Of a DNA stretch of 64,000 nt, positions 47,754-56,651 are shown piece by piece. The notes under the pieces were generated by a model. It saw nothing but the letters and a program-made list of their open reading frames with translations, had not been told where the DNA came from and ran no database searches. A program made the translations under genes and the position numbers. Location: sequence record LR756504.1. One strand, 5' to 3'. The stretch's first letter is position 1, and each line of letters starts with the position of its first letter.

Positions 47754-48304
47754 TGAATCAAAATTTCAAAAAAGATTTCAGAAAAAAACAACAAGAAAAT
47801 AAACACAGAATTAATTCATATATTACTACACATGAAATAAGATTAGTTGGTGATAATATTGAACAAGGAGTTTATTCTAATAGAGAAGCTTTAAGATTAG
47901 CTCAAGAATTACATTTAGATTTAGTTGAAATATCACCTAATGCAAACCCTCCCGTTTGTAGAATAGTAGATTATCAGAAATTTTTATATGAACAGAAAAA
48001 AAGAGAAAAAGAAAATGTTCAAAAACAAAAGCTGATTAATAAAGAGCTTAAAGAAATTCGTTTTACTGCTAATACAGATGAAAATGATGTTGAAGTAAAA
48101 AAGAAGAAAATAATTGAATTCTTGGAAAAAGGACACAAAGTTAAAACTCTTGTTGTTTTTAAAGGTAGAGAAATACAACATAAAGAAAGGGGTGAATATC
48201 TTCTTTTAAGTTTAGCTAACGATATTCAAGAAGTTGGAAAAATTGATAGTTTGCCTAAATTAGAAGGTAAAAATATGCATATGATGATAAGTCCAAAAAA
48301 GTAA
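47753..48304 (+). CDS. infC: Translation initiation factor IF3
   Basis: HRIN...EIRLVG, LDLVEISPNANPPVCRIVDYQKFLYEQKK, KEIRF, FKGRE, PKLEGK; no thrS/rpmI/rplT neighbours. Confidence 0.97.
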   Translation: MNQNFKKDFRKKQQENKHRINSYITTHEIRLVGDNIEQGVYSNREALRLAQELHLDLVEISPNANPPVCRIVDYQKFLYEQKKREKENVQKQKLINKELKEIRFTANTDENDVEVKKKKIIEFLEKGHKVKTLVVFKGREIQHKERGEYLLLSLANDIQEVGKIDSLPKLEGKNMHMMISPKK

Positions 48305-48324
48305 TTTAAAAATATTATATAAAT

Positions 48325-48355
48325 TTTGTAAAGTAAATTAATTTTGTTATATTTG
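48325..48355 (+). promoter_or_regulatory. Bacteroidota-type sigma70 promoter
   Basis: TTTG-19 nt-TATATTTG-tcct-ATG. Confidence 0.75.
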
Positions 48356-48359
48356 TCCT

Positions 48360-48701
48360 ATGAGTAAATATTTATCATATTCCGAAAATTTTAAACAATT
48401 AGTTAAAGGTGATTTTATAGTACTTGAATGTATGGATGAAATTCCAGATAAAGCATTTCCCATACAAAAAAGTACTATTCAAAAATGGACAGTATCACAA
48501 TCCGATGCTAAAGGGTTTACCATGTCCCGTAAAATTAAAGGACTTCCAAAGCAAACAATCACGATGTATAATATATTCATTAAAGATAATATATTCATTT
48601 CTTTCCAATCAATGTTTATGCCTTATAATTGTAATTTTAAGGTGTCTATTCAAAAAAAGAGCGATAAAGTTAATACATTAAAAACATTATTCAATAGATA
48701 A
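48360..48701 (+). CDS. Hypothetical early protein
   Basis: 113-aa ORF behind a host-type promoter. Confidence 0.75.
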   Translation: MSKYLSYSENFKQLVKGDFIVLECMDEIPDKAFPIQKSTIQKWTVSQSDAKGFTMSRKIKGLPKQTITMYNIFIKDNIFISFQSMFMPYNCNFKVSIQKKSDKVNTLKTLFNR

Positions 48702-48756
48702 ACTGAAATATATTTGGTATATTGCTAAATATAAGTTTAAAAAATAATTTGGAATA

Positions 48757-48765
48757 TAATATATA
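48757..48765 (+). promoter_or_regulatory. Late-type promoter motif
   Basis: TAATATATA-gaac-ATG. Confidence 0.6.
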
Positions 48766-48769
48766 GAAC

Positions 48770-50137
48770 ATGTCAAATATAATGTCTTTTGATGAACATA
48801 ATTCAATCAATGAAAATAGAGGTGTAGTACCTGGTATGGACTTTTTCGTTGAATTAGTTAAAAAAGAATTATTTCGTGTAAAGAAGGAAATAATCACTAT
48901 CAGGGATCAATATGCAAATAAAAGATTCAAAAAACCAGAAGATAGATTCAATGCTTGTATAAAAGCATTAGAAGAAAAAGTTATTAACGTACCCATAGTT
49001 ATTGACATTGAAAATCCACCCGCAGAATTCCCTTTACATAAATTAACTATAGTTTTTGATGAAGTAAGAGGTAGTGCCAAGGCTACATACAAAAAAGAAA
49101 GAACACACTTTGATGATGATGGTAGAATTATACAAGCTACTATAGGTTTAAAACTTGAAATTAAATTAGACAGTTTTAAAAATCCAATCGAAGTTAGAGA
49201 TTTAGCTTACTCAAGAGTTCCACACGAATTAACACATGTGTACCAACACTATAAGTGGAAGGATAAAGTTGACTATGAAAAAAATAGACAAGTTGCCAAA
49301 AAAGAATTTGGTAGAGTTGCTATTTGGAATAAACAAGCCGCCGATAAAAAAGGAGTAACTAAATCAGAGAAGAATGATAGTGAAGCAAGACAATTTTTAA
49401 CTAACTATATTTCTAAAGCTATTTACTATTTCAGTGAAAAAGAAATTGGTGCTAAAGTTACCCAGACTTACTATGAACTGCTAAAAGAAAAAGCAATTAA
49501 ACCTTCGAAAGATCCAAAAACAGGCTCTATTAATCAAAAAGATTTAATGGACAAACTTAAAAAGACTACTCACTGGGAGTCTTTACAAGCATATATCTTT
49601 AATTTGGATACTCTGTATGATTTAATTAAACACGGACATACTGTTGTTATGATTGAAGATGGTAAACGAGTTAAAATGAAATTCACCGATGATGACTTAA
49701 AAGGAATTCTTCAAGATGTTGATAGAGCTATTGATGCACAAGAAGAGAAAGAAGAAAAAGCTATCAATAAGAGAAAAGTTGATGTTCCTAATCGTCCCAT
49801 AATTCCTAAAGTTGATAAGAGAGAAGAAATTTTCAGTAAATATAATTTAAATACCGAAAATCCAAGAAGTATATTCTTAAAACTTCTTAAATATTTCGAT
49901 GAACAGATTGAATCATTTAGAAGAAGGATACTACGACTATCAGTTGAACTACCAATAGAGTATACAGATACTAAGAAAGTTGTTAAAAAGGGTATTAAAA
50001 AAACAGATAAGCCTAATGAAGAAGACGAAGAACAAAAAGCAAAAGAAGAAGAAATAATCGAAGCTGAAATTGAACAACAAGAACCCGTTGAACCAATAGA
50101 AACAGAGGATGAAAATAAAGAAGATAAAGAAGAATAA
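48770..50137 (+). CDS. Putative zincin metalloprotease with CTS-like N-terminus
   Basis: VPHELTHVYQH (HExxH); N-terminus MSNIMSFDEHNSINE; acidic tail. Confidence 0.6.
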   Translation: MSNIMSFDEHNSINENRGVVPGMDFFVELVKKELFRVKKEIITIRDQYANKRFKKPEDRFNACIKALEEKVINVPIVIDIENPPAEFPLHKLTIVFDEVRGSAKATYKKERTHFDDDGRIIQATIGLKLEIKLDSFKNPIEVRDLAYSRVPHELTHVYQHYKWKDKVDYEKNRQVAKKEFGRVAIWNKQAADKKGVTKSEKNDSEARQFLTNYISKAIYYFSEKEIGAKVTQTYYELLKEKAIKPSKDPKTGSINQKDLMDKLKKTTHWESLQAYIFNLDTLYDLIKHGHTVVMIEDGKRVKMKFTDDDLKGILQDVDRAIDAQEEKEEKAINKRKVDVPNRPIIPKVDKREEIFSKYNLNTENPRSIFLKLLKYFDEQIESFRRRILRLSVELPIEYTDTKKVVKKGIKKTDKPNEEDEEQKAKEEEIIEAEIEQQEPVEPIETEDENKEDKEE

Positions 50138-50165
50138 AAAAGGAGCTAATTAGCTCCTTTTCTTT
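50136..50165. terminator. Bidirectional terminator (edges approximate)
   Basis: aaggagctaa|ttagctcctt between convergent genes. Confidence 0.85.
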
Positions 50166-50166
50166 T

Positions 50167-52068
50167 TTAATCATAATCATGATAATCTTCTTCTGGTATT
50201 TTAGCAGAATTCTCTATACCTATCGTTTTTAACTCTACTTCATAACCCCATAGATATTCTAAATATTTTAAAGTTTTATTTTTCATATCTTCATGTAATG
50301 GTAAATTATTATGGGATTCATAAACCAATTTAAGTTTTCTATCACCTAATAAATCTACCGAGTCAACTTGTATATCAGGAAAATGTTGACTCCAATTATA
50401 TGTAGATGCTAATTTTTCTCTAATTTCTCTATAACCTCTATCATTATGAATCCTCTTAACCATATAATTTTTTTCCTCAGAATCATCAAGCAAATAAAAC
50501 ATTTTGAAATCTCTTATTACTTTGGGTGATAAGAATTGTAATATAAATGTTTCATCTTTATAATTTTTTATTATATCATGGAATACATCTAACCAATCTT
50601 TACCAACTATATCAGGAAACCATTCTCTGTCTTCATCAGTAGGCTCTTGACATATTCTTTTAATATCCATTAACATAGCAAACCCAAGTGCATAAGGATT
50701 GAAACCTGAATAGTATGGTGAATTAAATTCTGGTTGGAATACTACAGAAGTATGTGATGCTAAGAATTCTAACATAAATCCATCATCTACTAATCCTTCA
50801 TCAAACATTTTATTTAAAATATGATAGTGTACAAATGTTGCACAATTATGATTTATAAATGGACCAGATTGATATTTATGTGAATTAGTTACACTAAAAT
50901 CATATGTAGTACCATAATCTTCTTCAATAGAAATTATTTCATCTTCACATTTCTCACCATCTATAATAACATCAACAATATTACTAATTACCAAATTTAA
51001 CAATTCAACCCAATTAGAATTTATTAAAATTTTATGATTTTCACCACCATGTAAAGTATATCCATTCTTGGTTTTTATTTTAATTCTTTTTTTATTTTCA
51101 TGTTTAAACCAATCATATATAACTTCCCATTTTTCACCATCCCATACTTTACCACTATATTTATTGTCTACAATGTATTTAATATCTATTAGTCCATCTT
51201 CAGTTGATATTAAAGAACCTTCTACTAAACAGCCTTCATTTAAAACTTTTGTAGAAATTTGGGGCATAAAATATTGAGACAACTTTCTTGTTATTCTTAT
51301 CAATTCTCTTTTCCATGTTTCTAATCTCGGTGCGTATTTTTCTACAAAGTATAGAATATTTTCTTCTCTTTGCACAGGGAATTTATATTCTTTAATGGTA
51401 TCTTTCTTTTTAATAGGCGCAGTCATTTCCATTAAGTAATCATAAAGCTTATCATTTTCTTCACTTACTTTATTATTAAATTCTGCTTTACTAGTTTTTG
51501 ATTTATATGTTCTTTTATATTTATCTACACCCCAATATTGTAAAGCATGACAAGCATCTAAAACTACTTCAACTTCTTTTTCTCCATATTTTTGTTCACA
51601 TTCTTTTATGTAATTCTTAGCAAAACTTAAATAATCTACAATAGAAGAAGCATCTGTCCACTCTTTAAACATATAATTATTTTTAAATAAATGGTTATGT
51701 CCCATAGCAGCGTGAGCAATTACTAATGTAGTCATACACGCAGTATTATCTTCCATATTAAAAGATATACATGGGTTTGTATTTAGAACTATTTCGTAAG
51801 CAAGTCCCATAGTACCTTTCTTATACTTATTCATATTAATAAGATAATCTTTGCCGAATTTCCAGTGATTATACATAATAGGTAATCCATGTGATGCGTA
51901 AGCATCAATCATTTGGTCAGCAGAAATAATCTCGATTTGATTCGGATAAATATCTAACTTCAAATAATCTTTACCAATTCTTTCGATTTCGTTATAGACA
52001 TCATCTATGAATTCGAATGTCCATACATTGTCTGTAGGAATGATATTACTTTTTTTCTTCTTGTTCAT
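50167..52068 (-). CDS. spoVR: SpoVR/YcgB-family protein containing an intein
   Basis: YPNQIEIIS, GLAYEIVLN, LVIAHAAMGHNHLFKNN, TKVLNEG|CATFVH, NPYALGF, YKDETFILQFLSP. Confidence 0.93.
   Translation of the reverse strand: MNKKKKSNIIPTDNVWTFEFIDDVYNEIERIGKDYLKLDIYPNQIEIISADQMIDAYASHGLPIMYNHWKFGKDYLINMNKYKKGTMGLAYEIVLNTNPCISFNMEDNTACMTTLVIAHAAMGHNHLFKNNYMFKEWTDASSIVDYLSFAKNYIKECEQKYGEKEVEVVLDACHALQYWGVDKYKRTYKSKTSKAEFNNKVSEENDKLYDYLMEMTAPIKKKDTIKEYKFPVQREENILYFVEKYAPRLETWKRELIRITRKLSQYFMPQISTKVLNEGCLVEGSLISTEDGLIDIKYIVDNKYSGKVWDGEKWEVIYDWFKHENKKRIKIKTKNGYTLHGGENHKILINSNWVELLNLVISNIVDVIIDGEKCEDEIISIEEDYGTTYDFSVTNSHKYQSGPFINHNCATFVHYHILNKMFDEGLVDDGFMLEFLASHTSVVFQPEFNSPYYSGFNPYALGFAMLMDIKRICQEPTDEDREWFPDIVGKDWLDVFHDIIKNYKDETFILQFLSPKVIRDFKMFYLLDDSEEKNYMVKRIHNDRGYREIREKLASTYNWSQHFPDIQVDSVDLLGDRKLKLVYESHNNLPLHEDMKNKTLKYLEYLWGYEVELKTIGIENSAKIPEEDYHDYD
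50845..51231 (-). mobile_element. 129-aa mini-intein (no homing endonuclease)
   Basis: Block A CLVEGSLI, block B GENH, block F TYDFSV, block G INHN/C. Confidence 0.92.
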
Positions 52069-52345
52069 ATACAATTTCTTTTATTTTCTTTTTAGTTACT
52101 TTATGTGGATTGCTTTTATTTCTATCAGATATAATAAGATTAGATAAATATATGAAGTCTATTATTGAGACTCCCCAACATAAATAAATGAACCAAATAG
52201 GAATTCCATGTTCAACTTTCGCAAATGTCATTATTGATATGAAAGGTGCTAATGACATAAATATGTATATACATATAGTTATAATACCATATAACAATTG
52301 AAATGGTTTTACTATAAGCATATTGTATAATTTTTTAAACATCAT
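52046..52345 (-). CDS. Small 2-TM membrane protein
   Basis: Hydrophobic segments; ATGA-coupled to the methyltransferase. Confidence 0.7.
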   Translation of the reverse strand: MMFKKLYNMLIVKPFQLLYGIITICIYIFMSLAPFISIMTFAKVEHGIPIWFIYLCWGVSIIDFIYLSNLIISDRNKSNPHKVTKKKIKEIVYEQEEKK

Positions 52346-53136
52346 ACCTTTCCATATTTTTTTAATCTTTCTGTAATTATTTCACAATACTCTACAGATA
52401 ACTCAGATCCTATATAATTTCTATTATTAAGTAATGCTACTTTAGCTGTAGTACCACTACCACTAAAAGGATCATAAACAACATCACCATCGTTTGACCA
52501 TGATAATATATGATCTTTTGCAAGTTCTTCTGGGAAAATAGCAGGATGTCCAAATGCTATATCATCCTTTGTTGAATACCCTTTACCAGTATTATACTTC
52601 CAAATATTATTTCTTGGAGAAAAATCAGGAATTGGTTTCATATCTCTTTCAATCAATTCACCATTTTTATTTCTAACTTTTGCTTTTCCAAAACTTGTCC
52701 ACCCAGCCCATCTATTGGGTTTATCACAAATAAGTTTTGCTTTATTTGGTTTACCTTTGCTAAATACAAACATATATTCGAATATTTGAGAATATCTATT
52801 ACCATCTCTTCTAGCAGGAAATGATGTACCATTTTTTTCATATATCATAGTATCGTGTAAATTAAACCCACATTCCATAAAATATAATGCTTGTTTAAAT
52901 GATGTACCAGTTTCACTTCCTTTTACTACAGCATCACCAACTACCCATACTACGCAACCACCTGGTTTAGTAACTCTATATAATTCTTTTGCTATAGGTT
53001 CGAAATCAAATGAGTATCCTAAATATGATCTTAAATCATCGTAAGGAGGAGAAGTAACTGTTAAATCAATAAAGTTATCTTCCATCTTAGTCATAGTATC
53101 TAAACAATTCTCATTGTAAATCTTATTTAAATCCAT
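52342..53136 (-). CDS. DNA amino-methyltransferase (beta class, N4-mC/N6-mA)
   Basis: Motif IV VTSPPY, HPAIFP, motif I YDPFSGSGTT. Confidence 0.93.
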   Translation of the reverse strand: MDLNKIYNENCLDTMTKMEDNFIDLTVTSPPYDDLRSYLGYSFDFEPIAKELYRVTKPGGCVVWVVGDAVVKGSETGTSFKQALYFMECGFNLHDTMIYEKNGTSFPARRDGNRYSQIFEYMFVFSKGKPNKAKLICDKPNRWAGWTSFGKAKVRNKNGELIERDMKPIPDFSPRNNIWKYNTGKGYSTKDDIAFGHPAIFPEELAKDHILSWSNDGDVVYDPFSGSGTTAKVALLNNRNYIGSELSVEYCEIITERLKKYGKV

Positions 53137-53141
53137 TTTAA

Positions 53142-53966
53142 TTATTCACTTTTAGTTTTTATTAAATTTTCTCTAAAAGTTTTAATTTTAACATTAGATA
53201 AATAGCAATATTCTGGATTAATTTCAAAACCAATATATTTTCTATTCAACTCTATACAAGCAATTGCTGTAGTACCACTTCCCATGAATGGGTCCAATAT
53301 AACATCATCAACTTTAGATGTAGTTTCAATTAAAGGCTTTATTAAAGATAATGGAAATGATGCTTGATGCTCACCAAATGCATGTACACTTGTTCGTATT
53401 ACATCTCTATGATTTCCCAACTTTTTAGCAAGTGGTAAATCAAAATAATATTTTCTTGATTTAACAAAATGAAATATATGTTCGTAAACAGGATACCTTC
53501 TATCGGCTGAGTGTACTGGTATAGGATTTGATTTTTCCCAAATTAATTTGTTTCTTAAAATCCAACCTTGTTCTTGCATACCTATAGCAACACGTTCAGG
53601 TATCATTAAAAGCTGTTTATGTTGAAGCCATTTACCATCTTGTTTCGCTATCTTATGTTCTTTATAATGTTCATCAGTTTTTCTTTTATACTTTCCAGTA
53701 TTTCTTGAAAATCCTTTTGTTCCAAAATATACATCACCTATATTTAAATAAAAACTACCATCTTTAGCTAACACTCTTTTTAATTTTTCTGTATATGTTA
53801 GAAAATTTTCAACATATTCTTTTGGGTGAATTTCTCTACCAACAGTTTCATTACCATATACTCTACAATTAAAATATGGCGGTGATGTAATAATTAGATT
53901 AATACTATTATCTTCTAATTTATCCATTAGTTCAAAACAATCCCCACAAGTAATAGTATTTATCAT
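53142..53966 (-). CDS. Second DNA amino-methyltransferase (start revised to MINTITCGD)
   Basis: ITSPPY, HQASFP, LDPFMGSGTT. Confidence 0.93.
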   Translation of the reverse strand: MINTITCGDCFELMDKLEDNSINLIITSPPYFNCRVYGNETVGREIHPKEYVENFLTYTEKLKRVLAKDGSFYLNIGDVYFGTKGFSRNTGKYKRKTDEHYKEHKIAKQDGKWLQHKQLLMIPERVAIGMQEQGWILRNKLIWEKSNPIPVHSADRRYPVYEHIFHFVKSRKYYFDLPLAKKLGNHRDVIRTSVHAFGEHQASFPLSLIKPLIETTSKVDDVILDPFMGSGTTAIACIELNRKYIGFEINPEYCYLSNVKIKTFRENLIKTKSE

Positions 53967-53967
53967 A

Positions 53968-55284
53968 TTAGTTTGTAATTGGTACTTTTTTCTCAAATAA
54001 TTTTTTAAACACTGTCCATATTTCATTTATTTCTTTTATGGATTTCATTGCTAAATTTGGATTCTCTGTGGCGACTGGTCTATATGCTTTCCATAAATCT
54101 GATTTAATTTTAGTAAAACCATTATTAGGAATTTCTATATATGCCATATATTGTAATAAAGGCATCATAGTATTTAATAATTCCGCTGATGCTTTAGCAT
54201 CAGATTTATCCCACACATCACCATCAGATGCTTGACAAACATAAACGTTCCATTCAGATGAGAATCTTTCTTGCATTATTTTTATAGCTAATTCTAATGC
54301 TGGTTTAATTTTAGTACCGCCATTTTCTTTAGAATTAAAGAATGCTTCTTCATTTACTTCTTTAGCTTCTGTATGATGTTGAATGAATACTATTTCAACA
54401 TTAGGATATTGTTTTGATAAAAATAAATACAATAATGTAAAAAATCTTCTAGCAATATCTTTTTCTTTTTTACCCATTGAACCAGAAATATCCATAATAC
54501 AAAACATTACTGCTTGTGTGTTAGGTACAGGCTTAGGTTCAAAATTCTTATATGATAAATCTTTATCATCTAAATATGGAATTGATTTTAACTGCTTTTC
54601 AGTATTTTCAATCTCTAACATTAAATAATTTATTCTATCTGAATCAGTATTACTTTTTAATAATTCTGATTCCAATTCCTGTTTTAATTTTTTTAATTTC
54701 TCTTCAATAGAAACTTGCATCCCTATTCTTCTAGCTAAAGAATTCTTATAAGATTTAACCATATCCATAGAAGAGAATGGTCCATCAGTTTTAAAACCGT
54801 GTCTCTTATATTTTTTAGCATCTTCACTCATTAAATACTTTTTTGCTAAATCTGGAAGTTCTAAATCATCAAAAAAGTAATTTAAAAATTCATCCTTCGA
54901 AATAGAAATTATAAATTCATCTTCACCCACACTTGGGTCATTAGAACCCTTTCCTTTACCACTTCCTTTTCCTCCTGATGAGGGTGGTTTAGGTATTTGA
55001 TCACCTTCTACGAATTTTGATGTTTTAACTTCAGCTGGATTACCTGGAAGAATTCTATGCTTAGTTCCTTTAGAATTATCATAAACAAATGTAGGTTCTT
55101 CTATACCTTTAATTGGTACTTTAATAGAACCATTATTATTAATATCTTTAATTGATTGATTATTTAATACATTAGGAATGTTATTCTTAATTTGTTCTTC
55201 AACACGTTTTAAGAATTTATTTCTATTTGTTATTGATTTCCCCTTGCTATTAAGCCTTCTGTCGATTATAAAACTTCTAGACAT
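53968..55284 (-). CDS. yeaH: YeaH/YhbH (DUF444) vWA-domain protein
   Basis: IDRRLNSKGKS, ISKDEFLNYFFDDLELPDL, MFCIMDISGSM, QHHTEAKEV, QASDGD. Confidence 0.93.
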   Translation of the reverse strand: MSRSFIIDRRLNSKGKSITNRNKFLKRVEEQIKNNIPNVLNNQSIKDINNNGSIKVPIKGIEEPTFVYDNSKGTKHRILPGNPAEVKTSKFVEGDQIPKPPSSGGKGSGKGKGSNDPSVGEDEFIISISKDEFLNYFFDDLELPDLAKKYLMSEDAKKYKRHGFKTDGPFSSMDMVKSYKNSLARRIGMQVSIEEKLKKLKQELESELLKSNTDSDRINYLMLEIENTEKQLKSIPYLDDKDLSYKNFEPKPVPNTQAVMFCIMDISGSMGKKEKDIARRFFTLLYLFLSKQYPNVEIVFIQHHTEAKEVNEEAFFNSKENGGTKIKPALELAIKIMQERFSSEWNVYVCQASDGDVWDKSDAKASAELLNTMMPLLQYMAYIEIPNNGFTKIKSDLWKAYRPVATENPNLAMKSIKEINEIWTVFKKLFEKKVPITN

Positions 55285-55510
55285 GTTTATCTACTTTTAT
55301 CGTTTATTATTTTAACAAAAAATAGATTAAAGTTTTAAAATTTTTTGAAGAATTTAATAATGGATTTATAATACACTTTAAAAAATGCAAGTACTCTGAT
55401 TAAAGTATATAGTTTGAAGCGTTTAACTAAAATACCTAACGTAACCAATATAAGAAATATACCAAACATAATGATAGTTTCATAAAGATTTACTATATAT
55501 ATTTAAAAAA

Positions 55511-55536
55511 ATAAAGGAAGTTTTAACTTCCTTTAT
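55511..55536. terminator. Intrinsic terminator
   Basis: ataaaggaagtt-tt-aacttcctttat. Confidence 0.8.
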
Positions 55537-55538
55537 AA

Positions 55539-56144
55539 TTATTTTATTTTTTTAAATAAAAAATTCAATCTTTCTAATAATTCTCTCACTGGCTCAGTTT
55601 CTATAGTTACAGTAGGTTCAGATGTCGCAAGTATGGTATCTAATTGCTTTAATTTTTGGTTAATTTCCGACTTTACCTGATTAACTCTGTTTCTGTCAGA
55701 ATTTGTATTATTTTCAACTTTAGAATTTGATGGAATTCTCAATGTTATTTTTTCTTGTAATTTCAACATTTCACTAAAAGACATTACATGCTTTCTTTCG
55801 GACATTTCCATTTCTTCGTCAATATCATAATCATCTATATCAGATGGTTGTTCAATTATAGAAAGAATTTCTTCTTCGACATCTTTTCTCATATTCATGA
55901 TTCTATCATAATCAGGACTACTTTTTGATGGAGTAGTTTCAGAAGAAGCATATTTTTCCCATTCACCAATAAGTTCTTCTAATTTTAACTCTTGTGATGG
56001 TTCTATTTCAGTTAATAACGATGGTTTTGATACAACAAAATTATGAAGAGCATTATTTACTCTTCTCAGTAAATCGGCAGATTCTTTAACTAAACCTGTT
56101 TTTTTGACATTCTTTTTCATCTCTAATATAGAATTATATTTCAC
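55539..56144 (-). CDS. Hypothetical late protein (true start may be ATG 56120)
   Basis: TAATATATA abuts the GTG; internal KHVMSFSEMLKLQEK resembles the CTS-like motif. Confidence 0.7.
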   Translation of the reverse strand: MKYNSILEMKKNVKKTGLVKESADLLRRVNNALHNFVVSKPSLLTEIEPSQELKLEELIGEWEKYASSETTPSKSSPDYDRIMNMRKDVEEEILSIIEQPSDIDDYDIDEEMEMSERKHVMSFSEMLKLQEKITLRIPSNSKVENNTNSDRNRVNQVKSEINQKLKQLDTILATSEPTVTIETEPVRELLERLNFLFKKIK

Positions 56145-56165
56145 TATATATTAAAATAAAAAAAA

Positions 56166-56555
56166 TCACTTATTTCGCTTCTGTCTATTTGTGTCCATAT
56201 CTTCCTTTAACTGTCTATTTTTATCCACCGCCTTAGAAAAAAGTTCTGCTCCTACAAAATCTTTCCATAAAACATCAGAATTTGACATAAATGGATTAAT
56301 AATACTACCACCTGAAAATGATACTACATCAACCTCAACTTTATCATAACCCAATTCTGGTAATTTACCTGCTACAAATTCTATCCACCCAGGCATTCCA
56401 ACCCAATGACATTCACCATCAATGTATTCTTCACCATAATGTTTAATTAAATAGTTAACATCATTTTCAAAATCTTCTTTCGATTTTGTGTCATGTTGAA
56501 ATTGATAATATTGGTAATCATCCCAATATTCGTATTCTAATGTAAATATTCTCAT
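56166..56555 (-). CDS. Hypothetical protein
   Basis: 129-aa ORF; TATAAT 5 nt upstream. Confidence 0.75.
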   Translation of the reverse strand: MRIFTLEYEYWDDYQYYQFQHDTKSKEDFENDVNYLIKHYGEEYIDGECHWVGMPGWIEFVAGKLPELGYDKVEVDVVSFSGGSIINPFMSNSDVLWKDFVGAELFSKAVDKNRQLKEDMDTNRQKRNK

Positions 56556-56593
56556 AATTTATTATAGAAAAATTAAAAGTTTTAAAATAAAAT

Positions 56594-56626
56594 AAAAAAG
56601 GTGAACCTTTTAAAGTCCACCTTTTT
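56594..56626 (-). terminator. Terminator after prkA
   Basis: Minus strand AAAAAGGTGGAC...GTTCACCTTTTTT. Confidence 0.75.
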
Positions 56627-56651
56627 ACCTGTCAAACAAAAAATAAATAAA

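Noticed and set aside
52342-53966. Restriction-modification system
   Set aside because: No endonuclease-like neighbour
55335-55469. 44-aa hydrophobic minus-strand ORF (MFGIFLILVTLG...)
   Set aside because: Could be a real small membrane protein behind a late motif, but it overlaps the yeaH promoter region and has no other support
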